Positions 42,339-51,178 of a DNA stretch of 64,000 bases are shown here, one piece after another. This stretch comes from an uncultured Gammaproteobacteria bacterium. Its GTDB lineage: Bacteria > Pseudomonadota > Gammaproteobacteria > UBA6002. A program made the position numbers and the translations under genes. The notes beneath the pieces were generated by a model. That model was given only the letters and a program-made list of their open reading frames with translations, did not search any database and was not told the DNA's origin. Within the stretch, counting starts at the first letter, position 1. Each line of letters starts with the position of its first letter. The stretch covers positions 105,391-169,390 of the forward strand of contig CAVPKM010000017.1 of the NCBI GenBank assembly GCA_963705725.1, in the 5' to 3' direction.

Positions 42339-43257
42339 AACTAAACTTCGGATCAAAAATCAAAGTGCTTTAAAAAACACGGTGTTGCTTACCATATAAG
42401 TGGAGGTACAATAATAAGTTCAATTACCTATTTGTTACAAGAAGAAATAGAATGGCAATTAAGGATGCAATTGAACTTAACCCTACCTTAAAAATTAATC
42501 AACCGCATGATAAACTACTCAAGCGACTCCTCTCCAATATTGTCACAACTCGTGAAATTCTTGAAGCTTACTTACCTGAAGAGGTAAAAAATTTCGTTGA
42601 CTTGAATCACTTGAGCGACAATCAGATTCTTTTGTCGATGCCGAACATCGCTTCCTAGAAGTCGACATTTTGTTTAAAACCCGTTGTAAATTAACGCAGG
42701 AAGATTGTCATATCTGGGTCCTCATCGAGCAGCAAAGACAGCCCGATGCCTGGATGCCGCTTCGTTTATTTTGTTACCTGGGGGTGATCTGGGATCATGT
42801 ACGAAAAGCTTCAAAAACTCGGGGCAAATCTGCCAAAATTCCTTTTGTTTATCCCTTGGTGATTTCTAATGCCTCGAGGCCATATCGGCATTCGTTAACC
42901 CTTCGAGATATGGTAGAGCCTGAAGCTGCCAAGCCATTGTTTGATAAATTATTTAATTCTCCGACTCAGCTGATTGATTTAGCTGCCTTACCTGATGAAG
43001 CGCTAAGGGTTCAGCTTCAGGGAGGCATTCAAGCGCTAGTGTTATTACTAAGCTTGAAGCATATTTATGACAAAAACTTATCAGATTATTTAGAATCCGA
43101 CTTGGTTGTCTTGCTTCAAGCATTAGAAGAACAGGGTTATAGAGATGAGGTAGTAGATTTGTTATATTATCTCTATTCTGAGGGAAATTTAAGCCATTCA
43201 TCTAAATTTTGGCCATTTTTACACCGAAAGTTTTCAAAAGAAGTAGAGGAGGAAGTC

Positions 43258-43527
43258 ATGACTTTGAGGCAACAAGATATACAGCAAGGGGAGCAGCGAG
43301 GGTGGGAGCAAGGGCTACAGCAAGGGTTGGAACAAGGGGAACAGAAGGGGTTAACACGAGGGTTAGAACAAGGAGAACAAAAGGGGTTACAGCAAGGCAC
43401 GCAAAAAGCCTTACAAGAAACCGCATTACGAATGCTGCAAAATAAACAGTTTAAAATAGAAACCATAGCCGAAATAACTCAATTATCAATAGCTGAAATT
43501 GAGTCTCTAGCGAAAAAAGAAGGTTAA
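43258..43527 (+). CDS. Predicted intragenic small protein (RpnS-type antitoxin), 89 aa
   Basis: GAGGAGG SD just upstream of in-frame ATG 43258 (MTLRQQDIQQGEQRG...). Confidence 0.7.
   Translation: MTLRQQDIQQGEQRGWEQGLQQGLEQGEQKGLTRGLEQGEQKGLQQGTQKALQETALRMLQNKQFKIETIAEITQLSIAEIESLAKKEG
43285..43397 (+). repeat. 12-bp tandem coding repeats (xxQG / xxKG / xxRG)
   Basis: caaggggagcag cgagggtgggag caagggctacag caagggttggaa... Confidence 0.85.
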
Positions 43528-43571
43528 TCTTTTGTTGATGGCACAAACTCTCGAAATGAAGAATCAGATGT

Positions 43572-43884
43572 TTTAAAAGCCTACATGATTTCTTGCTGAA
43601 TTCGAACTTTGCTTTTTTGAAGATGCCTTGAAGGTAGAAAACAGCCAATCTTATTTATGTCATGATGGAGTGAAGTTTACGATAATTTCGTTGGCGCTAA
43701 CAGGGTTAGTAATTGCTTAATTAATTTTATTTTTTCATTTGGATTATTGTCTAATAGTTTAAATTTAAGCGATTTAGAACCTTCTAGCTGATAAATTTTG
43801 GGTTGTTTTTGAATTAAATTTAATAGGGCAGTTAAATTAATTTTTGGCTCTATGTCGAATTCGATTTTTCCATGCAACGCACCT
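43572..43884. repeat. Direct repeat copy B (dead tenA 3' end + functional mfd 3' end)
   Basis: 313 bp; the tenA-derived part carries +1 and +4 bp indels relative to copy A. Confidence 0.95.
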
Positions 43885-46800
43885 GTTTCAATTTTGTTAA
43901 TACCAAGAGGCGCGGCGAGTAGCTTGATTTCAGTAACCAGGAATAAATTTTTGATAGGATCTGAAAATAACCCAAATCGATCAACCATCTCAACTTGAAT
44001 ATCATGTAATTGCTGTGTGTTGGCGCTAGCGATACGTTTATAAAATGTCAGTCGCATGCTGGTATCTGGCATATATAATTCAGGAATCAAGGCGGTAATT
44101 TTCAAATCTACTTCCGTGCCGGTGCTTAAAGGCAGGTCAGAATCAGAATAAGAGTCTTTATTATCCTTTAGGGCAGCTACCGCCTTATCTAGCATTTCAG
44201 AGTAAAGATGAAATCCAATTTCTTCTATAAATCCACTTTGATCTTCTCCTAAAATCTCACCTGAGCCACGAATTTCAAGATCATGAGTGGCGAGCATAAA
44301 GCCAGCACCTAAATCCTCTAAACTTTCAATTGCTTCTAAACGTTTCACAGCGTCTTTTGTCAAAGTTTGAGTTGGAGGAGTGAGTAAATAAGCATAGGCT
44401 TGATGGTGAGATCTGCCAACTCTGCCTCTTAGCTGATGAAGTTGAGCTAGACCGAAATGATTCGCTTTATTAATAATAATTGTATTTGCGGTCGGGATAT
44501 CAATACCGGATTCAACAATGGTGGTGCAAACAAGCACATTAAATCTTGCATGATAGAAGTCGGACATCACTTTTTCTAAATGTCGTTCAGTCATTTGTCC
44601 GTGAACATAATTAATTTTTGCTTCGGGCAATAGCTGAGAAAGGCCATCAACAGTTTGTTGAATACTTTTGACATCATTATGCAAATAATACACTTGACCG
44701 CCTCGTAATATTTCACGCAGTACCGCTTCTCTAACAATGGCTTGTTGATATTCACGAACAAAAGTTTTAATCGAGAGACGTTTTGCAGGTGCAGTCGCAA
44801 TAATCGATAAATCTCTGACGCCAGTTAATGATAGATTTAAGGTGCGTGGAATAGGAGTGGCAGTTAATGTTAATATATCTACTTCTGCTTTTAGCGCTTT
44901 AATTTTTTCTTTTTGATCCACGCCAAAACGATGTTCTTCATCAATAATCAATAATCCCAGACACTTAAATTTGATTTCAGATTGAAGTAATTTATGTGTG
45001 CCAATGATGATGTCAATCTTGCCTTCCGCCAGTTCTTTGATGATTTGATCTTGTTCTTTTTTAGATTGAAATCTTGAAACTACCGCAATCTTAATCGGCC
45101 AATTTGCAAATCTATCTTTAAAATTTTGATAATGCTGTTCAGCAAGGAGCGTGGTAGGAACAAGGATACCAGCTTGTTTAGTATCATGTGCGGCAATGAA
45201 AGCCGCCCGCATCGCCACTTCAGTCTTACCAAAACCCACATCGCCGCAAATCAAGCGATCCATGGGTCGTGGAGAGGTCATATCGGTGATCACTTCTTGA
45301 ATGGCTTTTAGCTGATCAGGAGTTTCTTCAAATTTAAATTCAGATGAAAAGGTTAGGTAGTCATGATTAGGAGTGGAAAAAGCATAGCCAATTTTTGCTT
45401 GACGTTTGGCATAAATTTCAAGCAAAGCAGAGGCAACGTCTCGAACTTTTTTTGCAGTGCGTGCTTTAATTTTTTCCCATTTTTTTGAGCCGAGCTGATA
45501 GATTGGAGCGGTTTCATCCTCTTTTCCGCTGTATCTTGCAATCAGTTGCAGTGATGAAACGGGAACGTATAACTTATCTCCTCCTTGGTATTCTATGGTA
45601 AGGTATTCCGCTTCGCATTCTCCGGTGTGAATGATTTTTAAGCCCAGATATCTGCCTACCCCATGGTTGATATGCACAACAGGCGCACCTATTTTTAGCT
45701 CTGCTAAATTGCGAATAATCTTATCCGGATCCAACCTTGATTTAGTGCGTAGCCTTCGTTGCATCACTTGCTGACCGAAGAGTTGGGCTTCGGTAACGAT
45801 GACAATGGGGGGCTCAATTAAGGTCATGCCCTCATCTAATGCAGCAACGCAAAGTGCAATTTTAGCGTTGGACCTTAAAAATTGCTTCCAGCTATCGATT
45901 AATACTGGCTGAACATTAATATCTGCTAATAAATTTAATAAAGATTCTCTTCTACCCAGAGTTTCGGCGCAGAATAATATTCTTTCTTGATGGGTATTAA
46001 GATAATGCTGAATTGTGCCAAGTGGCTGTGTCGATTTGTTATTAATGATTAATTCAACTGGCTTAGTTGTGGCGAAGTTAAGTGCATTTTGCTTAAGGTT
46101 AACCGGATCATTTTGAATCACAATTTGTTCAAAATTTTTAAATTTTCCAAATAACTCATTCACTTGAAGCACAATATTTTTGGGTTCCAACAAGGGTTTT
46201 TGAACGTCATAACGGAGTTGTTCGTAACGTTCGACAACTTCTTGCCAAAAAGCATTGGCCTTTTCTTCTATTTCTCCATAAAGCATCAGTAGGGTGTGAG
46301 CTGGGAAGTAATCAAACAGGGTATAGTGGTAATCGAAAAAAAGCGGAAGGTAATACTCAATACCCGTTGCATACTGCCCGTTAGTTACCGCTTCATAGAT
46401 AGGGCAAAGCATGGGATTGCCTGAAAATTGCATGCGCCAGGCTTGTCTAAAGGCAGAAATCGCCTCTTCGGTCAAGGGAAATTCCCTGGCAGGAAGTAGC
46501 CGGATTTCTGTTATCACATCGAGTGAGCGTTGAGTGTCGATTTCAAATGTGCGAATGCTATCCACTTCATTATCAAAGAGATCGAGCCTGTAAGGTGTGT
46601 CACTTCCCATGGGGAAAAGATCAATCAATGATCCCCTAATAGAAAAATCGCCATGCTCCAAAACTTGTGAAACATGGCGATATCCCCTCTGCTCTAAACT
46701 ACGTTGAAAATCAATGGTATCGAGTAGGTCACCTTTTTTGATTAAAAAAGTGGTTGCTTCAACATACTGACGGGATGTGGTGTAGTGCATTAAAGTATTG

Positions 46801-47144
46801 ATAGGGACGAGTAGGATTCCCTGCTTCATATGAGGGATATTATATAGCGTTAATAGTCTCTCTGAGATGATATCTTGATGGGGAGAAAAATGGTCATAAG
46901 GGAGAATTTCCCAGTCGGGAAACGTGCAGATTGTAATCGCTTCTTCTTCCGAAAAAAAACGGAGTTCATTTTGTAATTTTGTAGCAGTTTGCATGTCTGG
47001 TGTGACTACCACCACTAAGCTTTGATGCTGTTTGCTAACTGTTATTATCGCTAAACTGCTGGCAACGCCATATAATTGTCCCCAAAATTGTCGGTTTTGC
47101 GGTTTATTTGTTAAGCTTATCTCTAATGGAGAAAGTGTTGTCAT
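43677..47144 (-). CDS. mfd: Transcription-repair coupling factor
   Basis: LPYD.FSPHQDI.SERL, CGDVGFGKTEVA, DEEHRFG, TATPIPRTL, QLRGRVGRS, DLEIRG; start approximate. Confidence 0.97.
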   Translation of the reverse strand: MTTLSPLEISLTNKPQNRQFWGQLYGVASSLAIITVSKQHQSLVVVVTPDMQTATKLQNELRFFSEEEAITICTFPDWEILPYDHFSPHQDIISERLLTLYNIPHMKQGILLVPINTLMHYTTSRQYVEATTFLIKKGDLLDTIDFQRSLEQRGYRHVSQVLEHGDFSIRGSLIDLFPMGSDTPYRLDLFDNEVDSIRTFEIDTQRSLDVITEIRLLPAREFPLTEEAISAFRQAWRMQFSGNPMLCPIYEAVTNGQYATGIEYYLPLFFDYHYTLFDYFPAHTLLMLYGEIEEKANAFWQEVVERYEQLRYDVQKPLLEPKNIVLQVNELFGKFKNFEQIVIQNDPVNLKQNALNFATTKPVELIINNKSTQPLGTIQHYLNTHQERILFCAETLGRRESLLNLLADINVQPVLIDSWKQFLRSNAKIALCVAALDEGMTLIEPPIVIVTEAQLFGQQVMQRRLRTKSRLDPDKIIRNLAELKIGAPVVHINHGVGRYLGLKIIHTGECEAEYLTIEYQGGDKLYVPVSSLQLIARYSGKEDETAPIYQLGSKKWEKIKARTAKKVRDVASALLEIYAKRQAKIGYAFSTPNHDYLTFSSEFKFEETPDQLKAIQEVITDMTSPRPMDRLICGDVGFGKTEVAMRAAFIAAHDTKQAGILVPTTLLAEQHYQNFKDRFANWPIKIAVVSRFQSKKEQDQIIKELAEGKIDIIIGTHKLLQSEIKFKCLGLLIIDEEHRFGVDQKEKIKALKAEVDILTLTATPIPRTLNLSLTGVRDLSIIATAPAKRLSIKTFVREYQQAIVREAVLREILRGGQVYYLHNDVKSIQQTVDGLSQLLPEAKINYVHGQMTERHLEKVMSDFYHARFNVLVCTTIVESGIDIPTANTIIINKANHFGLAQLHQLRGRVGRSHHQAYAYLLTPPTQTLTKDAVKRLEAIESLEDLGAGFMLATHDLEIRGSGEILGEDQSGFIEEIGFHLYSEMLDKAVAALKDNKDSYSDSDLPLSTGTEVDLKITALIPELYMPDTSMRLTFYKRIASANTQQLHDIQVEMVDRFGLFSDPIKNLFLVTEIKLLAAPLGINKIETGALHGKIEFDIEPKINLTALLNLIQKQPKIYQLEGSKSLKFKLLDNNPNEKIKLIKQLLTLLAPTKLS

Positions 47145-47271
47145 ATGTCTATACTCTTCGTAAATGAATTTTCTATACACTCTTAGAGAGGGATGCTCAC
47201 GATCGGCCTAAAATCCATTCACGAAGAGTATATAAAGCACCGTGTTAAATCGCAATTACAAGGAGAACGGG

Positions 47272-48025
47272 ATGTATCGTCTGGGAACTTCCCCTCTAAT
47301 GGTTTCAGGGGTATTTAAGCATGGCTGGCGTTTGTATAAATCCAGCTTGCCCTATGTGTTAGTCTGGTCTTTGATTCTCGCCCTGATTCATGAAATACCT
47401 GATTATTTCAAAATATATGGTATATTTCTTGATTTATCTGGTCATTTAGTTTTTTCATGGGTGGGAGTAATGGTATTGCTTGTTCTCATGATAGCGGAGG
47501 CGTTTTTCCTGGCTGTCATGTTTTATAGCATGTTTTCTCTCGCAAAGATACAAAAAATTGACCTAATTGGTGCTTTCGTTTGTGGCGAAAAACATCTTTG
47601 GCAGCTTTATCTCACCTTGGTTATTTATGCAGTTTTAGTGCATATTGGAGTAATTTTGCTTTTGATTCCTGCATTATTTGTGGGGGTGCTTTTCGCAATG
47701 ATCCTTGCCCCTTATCTTACTGAAAGATAAGCAGGTTTATGCCAGTTTCTTGGGAAGTGCTAGGCTCGTTTGGGGCTATTGGTGGCAAACATTTTTTGTT
47801 ATTGGCATTCCTTATATCTTAATCTATGCGGTAAGAAGCATTTTTAAAGAAGATTATTTTTTTGCAGGACAGTGGCGATTCTTGGTCGACATGATTATTT
47901 TATTGTTTACTACTCCACTTTTTTATGCCTTTTTATTAGTTCAATATAATAATCTAATAGTCATAAAATCACTTCCACCACCGATTTCTGAAGGATCAAG
48001 AAGAAGTGCGGACATTAATGGGTAG
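47272..48025 (+). pseudogene. Conserved-type inner membrane protein split by a +1 frameshift at ~47704
   Basis: Two overlapping hydrophobic ORFs join into one (..LLLIPALFVGVLF.../LPLILL...S..LVWGYWWQTF); AGGAG before ATG 47272. Confidence 0.7.
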
Positions 48026-48053
48026 GTATGTGTGGTTGCAAGCATCATAGGTT

Positions 48054-48082
48054 GTCGTCCCGTGGTTTGTCCGCGAGACGAC
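48054..48082. terminator. GC-rich REP-like hairpin between convergent genes
   Basis: gtcgtc-ccgtgg-tttgt-ccgcga-gacgac. Confidence 0.6.
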
Positions 48083-48097
48083 GAGTAGGAAAGGCGC

Positions 48098-48427
48098 CTA
48101 GCTTAAAAGATTATCAATTTTAGCAGCCACGATAAAGTCATTTTCAGTTAGGCCAGAAACTGCATGCGTTTTTAGGCTAATGGAGCAATAATTATATCCG
48201 ATCATCAAGTCGGGATGATGATTTTCCAGGTTAGCTATCCATGCAATAGCATTGACAAAACTCATGGTGCGATAAAAATTTGTAAAAGAAAAATGTTTTT
48301 TAATCTCTGTATTTTCAATCAACTCCCAACCGGAAAGCTCGGTCAACAATTCTTTTGCTTTTTCATTAGCAAGTGGTTTGGCTTCGCCTTCACAAGGAAG
48401 GCATTTTTTTTCTGTTAATTTATCCAT
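48098..48427 (-). CDS. phhB: Pterin-4-alpha-carbinolamine dehydratase
   Basis: C.PCEG, ENHHPD, TH.V.GLTENDFI.AAKID. Confidence 0.95.
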   Translation of the reverse strand: MDKLTEKKCLPCEGEAKPLANEKAKELLTELSGWELIENTEIKKHFSFTNFYRTMSFVNAIAWIANLENHHPDLMIGYNYCSISLKTHAVSGLTENDFIVAAKIDNLLS

Positions 48428-48437
48428 TTTTTACTCC

Positions 48438-49523
48438 TTAAATAATTACACCACCACCCAAGCAACGTTCCTGTTCATAAAATACCACAGCTTGACCTGG
48501 GGTTATCGCGCGTTGAGGGTGGTCAAAAACCACTTCATATTGATTCTTCATTTCATAAACAACGCAGGGTTGATCTGCCTGACGATAGCGAATTTTAGCC
48601 AGACAAGTAAGTGGAAATGACGGGCTGCCATTAATCCACGTCACTTGTTCACACTTGAGCCTATCTTTCATGAGAAGTGGGTGGAGAGAATCTTGATCTA
48701 CGACTAATGTGTTGGTAGCAATATCTTTTTGTACGACATACCAAGGTGCTTCCCGATAACCCTTCATTCCGCCAATGCCAATTCCTTCACGCTGTCCTAA
48801 AGTATAAAACATGAGCCCTTGATGTCTACCTAATATGACACCTTGCGGTGTTTCAATATTACCCGGTTTAAGTAGCATATACTCACGTAAAAAATCATTA
48901 AATTTTCTTTCACCGATAAAACAAATTCCCGTACTGTCCTTTTTGTTTGAGGTGATGAGTCCTGCCTCTTTTGCTAATTGTCTAACAAATTTTTTTTCTA
49001 AAGTACCAAGAGGGAACAAGCTATGACTTAGCTGATGTTCATTAAGACGACTGAGAAAATAACTTTGATCTTTTGATTGATCTACTGCCTTATATAAATG
49101 GTACTGATTGCCTTTGGGAACGATACGCGCGTAATGGCCAGTCGCTATCGCTTCTCCGCCTAATTCTAGTGCATAATTTAAAAAGGCTTTGAACTTAATT
49201 TCTTGATTACACAGAATATCTGGGTTAGGGGTTCTTCCTGCTGCCAATTCATCAAGAAAATAGGCGAAGACCTTGTTCCAATACTCTTTTGCGAAATTGA
49301 CTGTTTTTAAAGGAATATTGAGTTTGTCACTAACAGCGCGTGCATCACTTAAATCTTGCGCTCCCGAACAATTCTGATCGTTGAGATCTGCTTCCCAATT
49401 TTGCATAAATACACCAGTTAACTGATAGCCTTGCTGCTTAAGCAGCAAGGCGCCAACGGATGAATCTACACCGCCAGATAAGCCGATAATAATGTGTTTT
49501 TTTGATTTACTCATTTCATTCAC
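48438..49523 (-). CDS. mnmA: tRNA-specific 2-thiouridylase
   Basis: [43 protein letters not shown]. Confidence 0.97.
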   Translation of the reverse strand: MNEMSKSKKHIIIGLSGGVDSSVGALLLKQQGYQLTGVFMQNWEADLNDQNCSGAQDLSDARAVSDKLNIPLKTVNFAKEYWNKVFAYFLDELAAGRTPNPDILCNQEIKFKAFLNYALELGGEAIATGHYARIVPKGNQYHLYKAVDQSKDQSYFLSRLNEHQLSHSLFPLGTLEKKFVRQLAKEAGLITSNKKDSTGICFIGERKFNDFLREYMLLKPGNIETPQGVILGRHQGLMFYTLGQREGIGIGGMKGYREAPWYVVQKDIATNTLVVDQDSLHPLLMKDRLKCEQVTWINGSPSFPLTCLAKIRYRQADQPCVVYEMKNQYEVVFDHPQRAITPGQAVVFYEQERCLGGGVII

Positions 49524-49598
49524 GAAGGGTATATGGTGTTAGATAAATACAAATGTTATCCTGCTTTTCTTATTTTAAAATTTAGTCTGGAGAATTCA

Positions 49599-50855
49599 AT
49601 GGGGTACCAGCATATTCAAATTCCATCCAATGGGGAAAAAATTCAAGTAAATGGTGATTTATCATTAAATGTTCCTAATCAGCCAATTATACCTTTTATT
49701 GAAGGGGATGGAATCGGGGTTGATATTACTCCGGTCATGAAGCGGGTTTTGGATTCCGCCGTTAAAAAAGCGCATGGTGATAACAAAAAAATTGCCTGGA
49801 TGGAAGTGTATGCCGGCGAAAAAGCAACCAAAATTTATGGAAAGGATACTTGGCTTCCTGAGGAAACACTGAATGCAATTCGTGAGTATGTAGTAGCAAT
49901 TAAGGGACCATTAACGACACCGGTAAGCGGTGGAATTCGTTCTTTAAATGTCGCGCTTAGGCAACAGCTTGATCTTTATGTTTGTTTGCGACCAGTACGG
50001 TATTATGAAGGCACACCCAGTCCTGTTCGGGAACCTTGGAATGTAGATATGGTGATTTTTCGGGAAAATTCTGAAGATATTTATGCCGGTATTGAATGGG
50101 CAGCCGATACCAAGGAAGCTGAAAAAGTAATCGCATTTCTTCAAAATGAAATGGGAGTGACAAAAATTCGATTTCCAGAGCATTGTGGCATTGGGATTAA
50201 GCCGGTTTCTAAAGCGGGTTCTGCACGCCTGGTGGCAAGAGCCATTCAGTATGCTATTGACAATGACCGTGAATCAGTCACGTTGGTGCACAAAGGTAAT
50301 ATTATGAAGTTTACTGAGGGTGCATTTAAAGATTGGGGTTATGAAGTGGCGCGAACGCAATTTGGTGCAACTCTTTTAGATGGCGGTCCTTGGCATGTGT
50401 TAAAAAATCCTAAAACAGGCAAGGAAATCATTGTTAAAGATGCAATTGCAGATGCTTTCCTGCAGCAAACGCTATTGAGACCGATAGAATTCAGTGTAAT
50501 TGCCACTTTAAATTTAAATGGGGATTATCTTTCGGACGCACTTGCAGCGCAAGTAGGCGGAATTGGTATCGCCCCTGGCGCAAATATTGGCGACAACAGT
50601 GCTATCTTTGAAGCGACCCATGGAACTGCACCTCGCTATGCGGGAAAAAATGCGGTTAATCCTGGCTCCATTATTCTTTCTGGTGAAATGATGCTGCGTC
50701 ATCTAGGCTGGTTTGAGGCAGCAAACTATATCAATAAAGGAGTAGAAGGCGCAATTAAAGCGAAAACCGTCACCTATGACTTTCATCGCTTTATGACGGA
50801 TGCCACACTACTTTCTACCTCTGAGTTTGGTGAAGCAATCATCCAACATATGTAG
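49599..50855 (+). CDS. icd: NADP-dependent isocitrate dehydrogenase
   Basis: [41 protein letters not shown]; GGAG before ATG 49599. Confidence 0.97.
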   Translation: MGYQHIQIPSNGEKIQVNGDLSLNVPNQPIIPFIEGDGIGVDITPVMKRVLDSAVKKAHGDNKKIAWMEVYAGEKATKIYGKDTWLPEETLNAIREYVVAIKGPLTTPVSGGIRSLNVALRQQLDLYVCLRPVRYYEGTPSPVREPWNVDMVIFRENSEDIYAGIEWAADTKEAEKVIAFLQNEMGVTKIRFPEHCGIGIKPVSKAGSARLVARAIQYAIDNDRESVTLVHKGNIMKFTEGAFKDWGYEVARTQFGATLLDGGPWHVLKNPKTGKEIIVKDAIADAFLQQTLLRPIEFSVIATLNLNGDYLSDALAAQVGGIGIAPGANIGDNSAIFEATHGTAPRYAGKNAVNPGSIILSGEMMLRHLGWFEAANYINKGVEGAIKAKTVTYDFHRFMTDATLLSTSEFGEAIIQHM

Positions 50856-50861
50856 CAAAAA

Positions 50862-50893
50862 TTTTACCTCTCCTCCTTGTTGGAGAGGTAAAA
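50862..50893 (+). terminator. Hairpin directly after icd (putative terminator)
   Basis: ttttacctctcc-N8-ggagaggtaaaa, a perfect 12-bp stem. Confidence 0.75.
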
Positions 50894-51057
50894 ACTCTTA
50901 AATTAATGACGTCTACGCAGGCAAGCCGCGAGGCCCAAGCTTCGCCTATACCTTTCCATTTTTTTCAACAAATTCTTATCTTATTTAAAAATTCAAAATC
51001 AAAACAGGAAAATTATTTCGAAATCAACTAATTTTAAATTAAGCGCGAGAGAAAAGT

Positions 51058-51156
51058 GTGAGTAATGAATCGATCATGAATACGGAATTAAGAGATAGGG
51101 AAGTGAACGATTATCTCCGTAATTCTGATTATCCTCTCTTATGTAGGATTGCCTAA
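51058..51156 (+). pseudogene. clpS: clpS remnant (32-aa ORF retaining a ClpS-like C-terminus)
   Basis: GTG-SNESIMNTELRDREVNDYLRNSDYPLLCRIA-TAA immediately before clpA; VNDY.R...YPLLC resembles the ClpS C-terminal helix and strand. Confidence 0.7.
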
Positions 51157-51178
51157 AGGAGGAATAAGGAGGTGCAAC

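Larger units (their letters stand above)
42452..43527 (+). pseudogene. Rpn-family (YhgA-like, PD-(D/E)XK) recombination-promoting nuclease with a frameshift at ~42615
   Basis: PHDKLLK, SFVD...D.LF, LIEQQ, MPLRLFCY, C-terminal MTL + (xxQG)n repeats; one base missing in cacttgagcga. Confidence 0.9.

Noticed and set aside
43173-43466. Cys-rich ORF (CSPCSNPC...)
   Set aside because: Antisense reading of the Rpn (xxQG)n repeats, not a metallothionein
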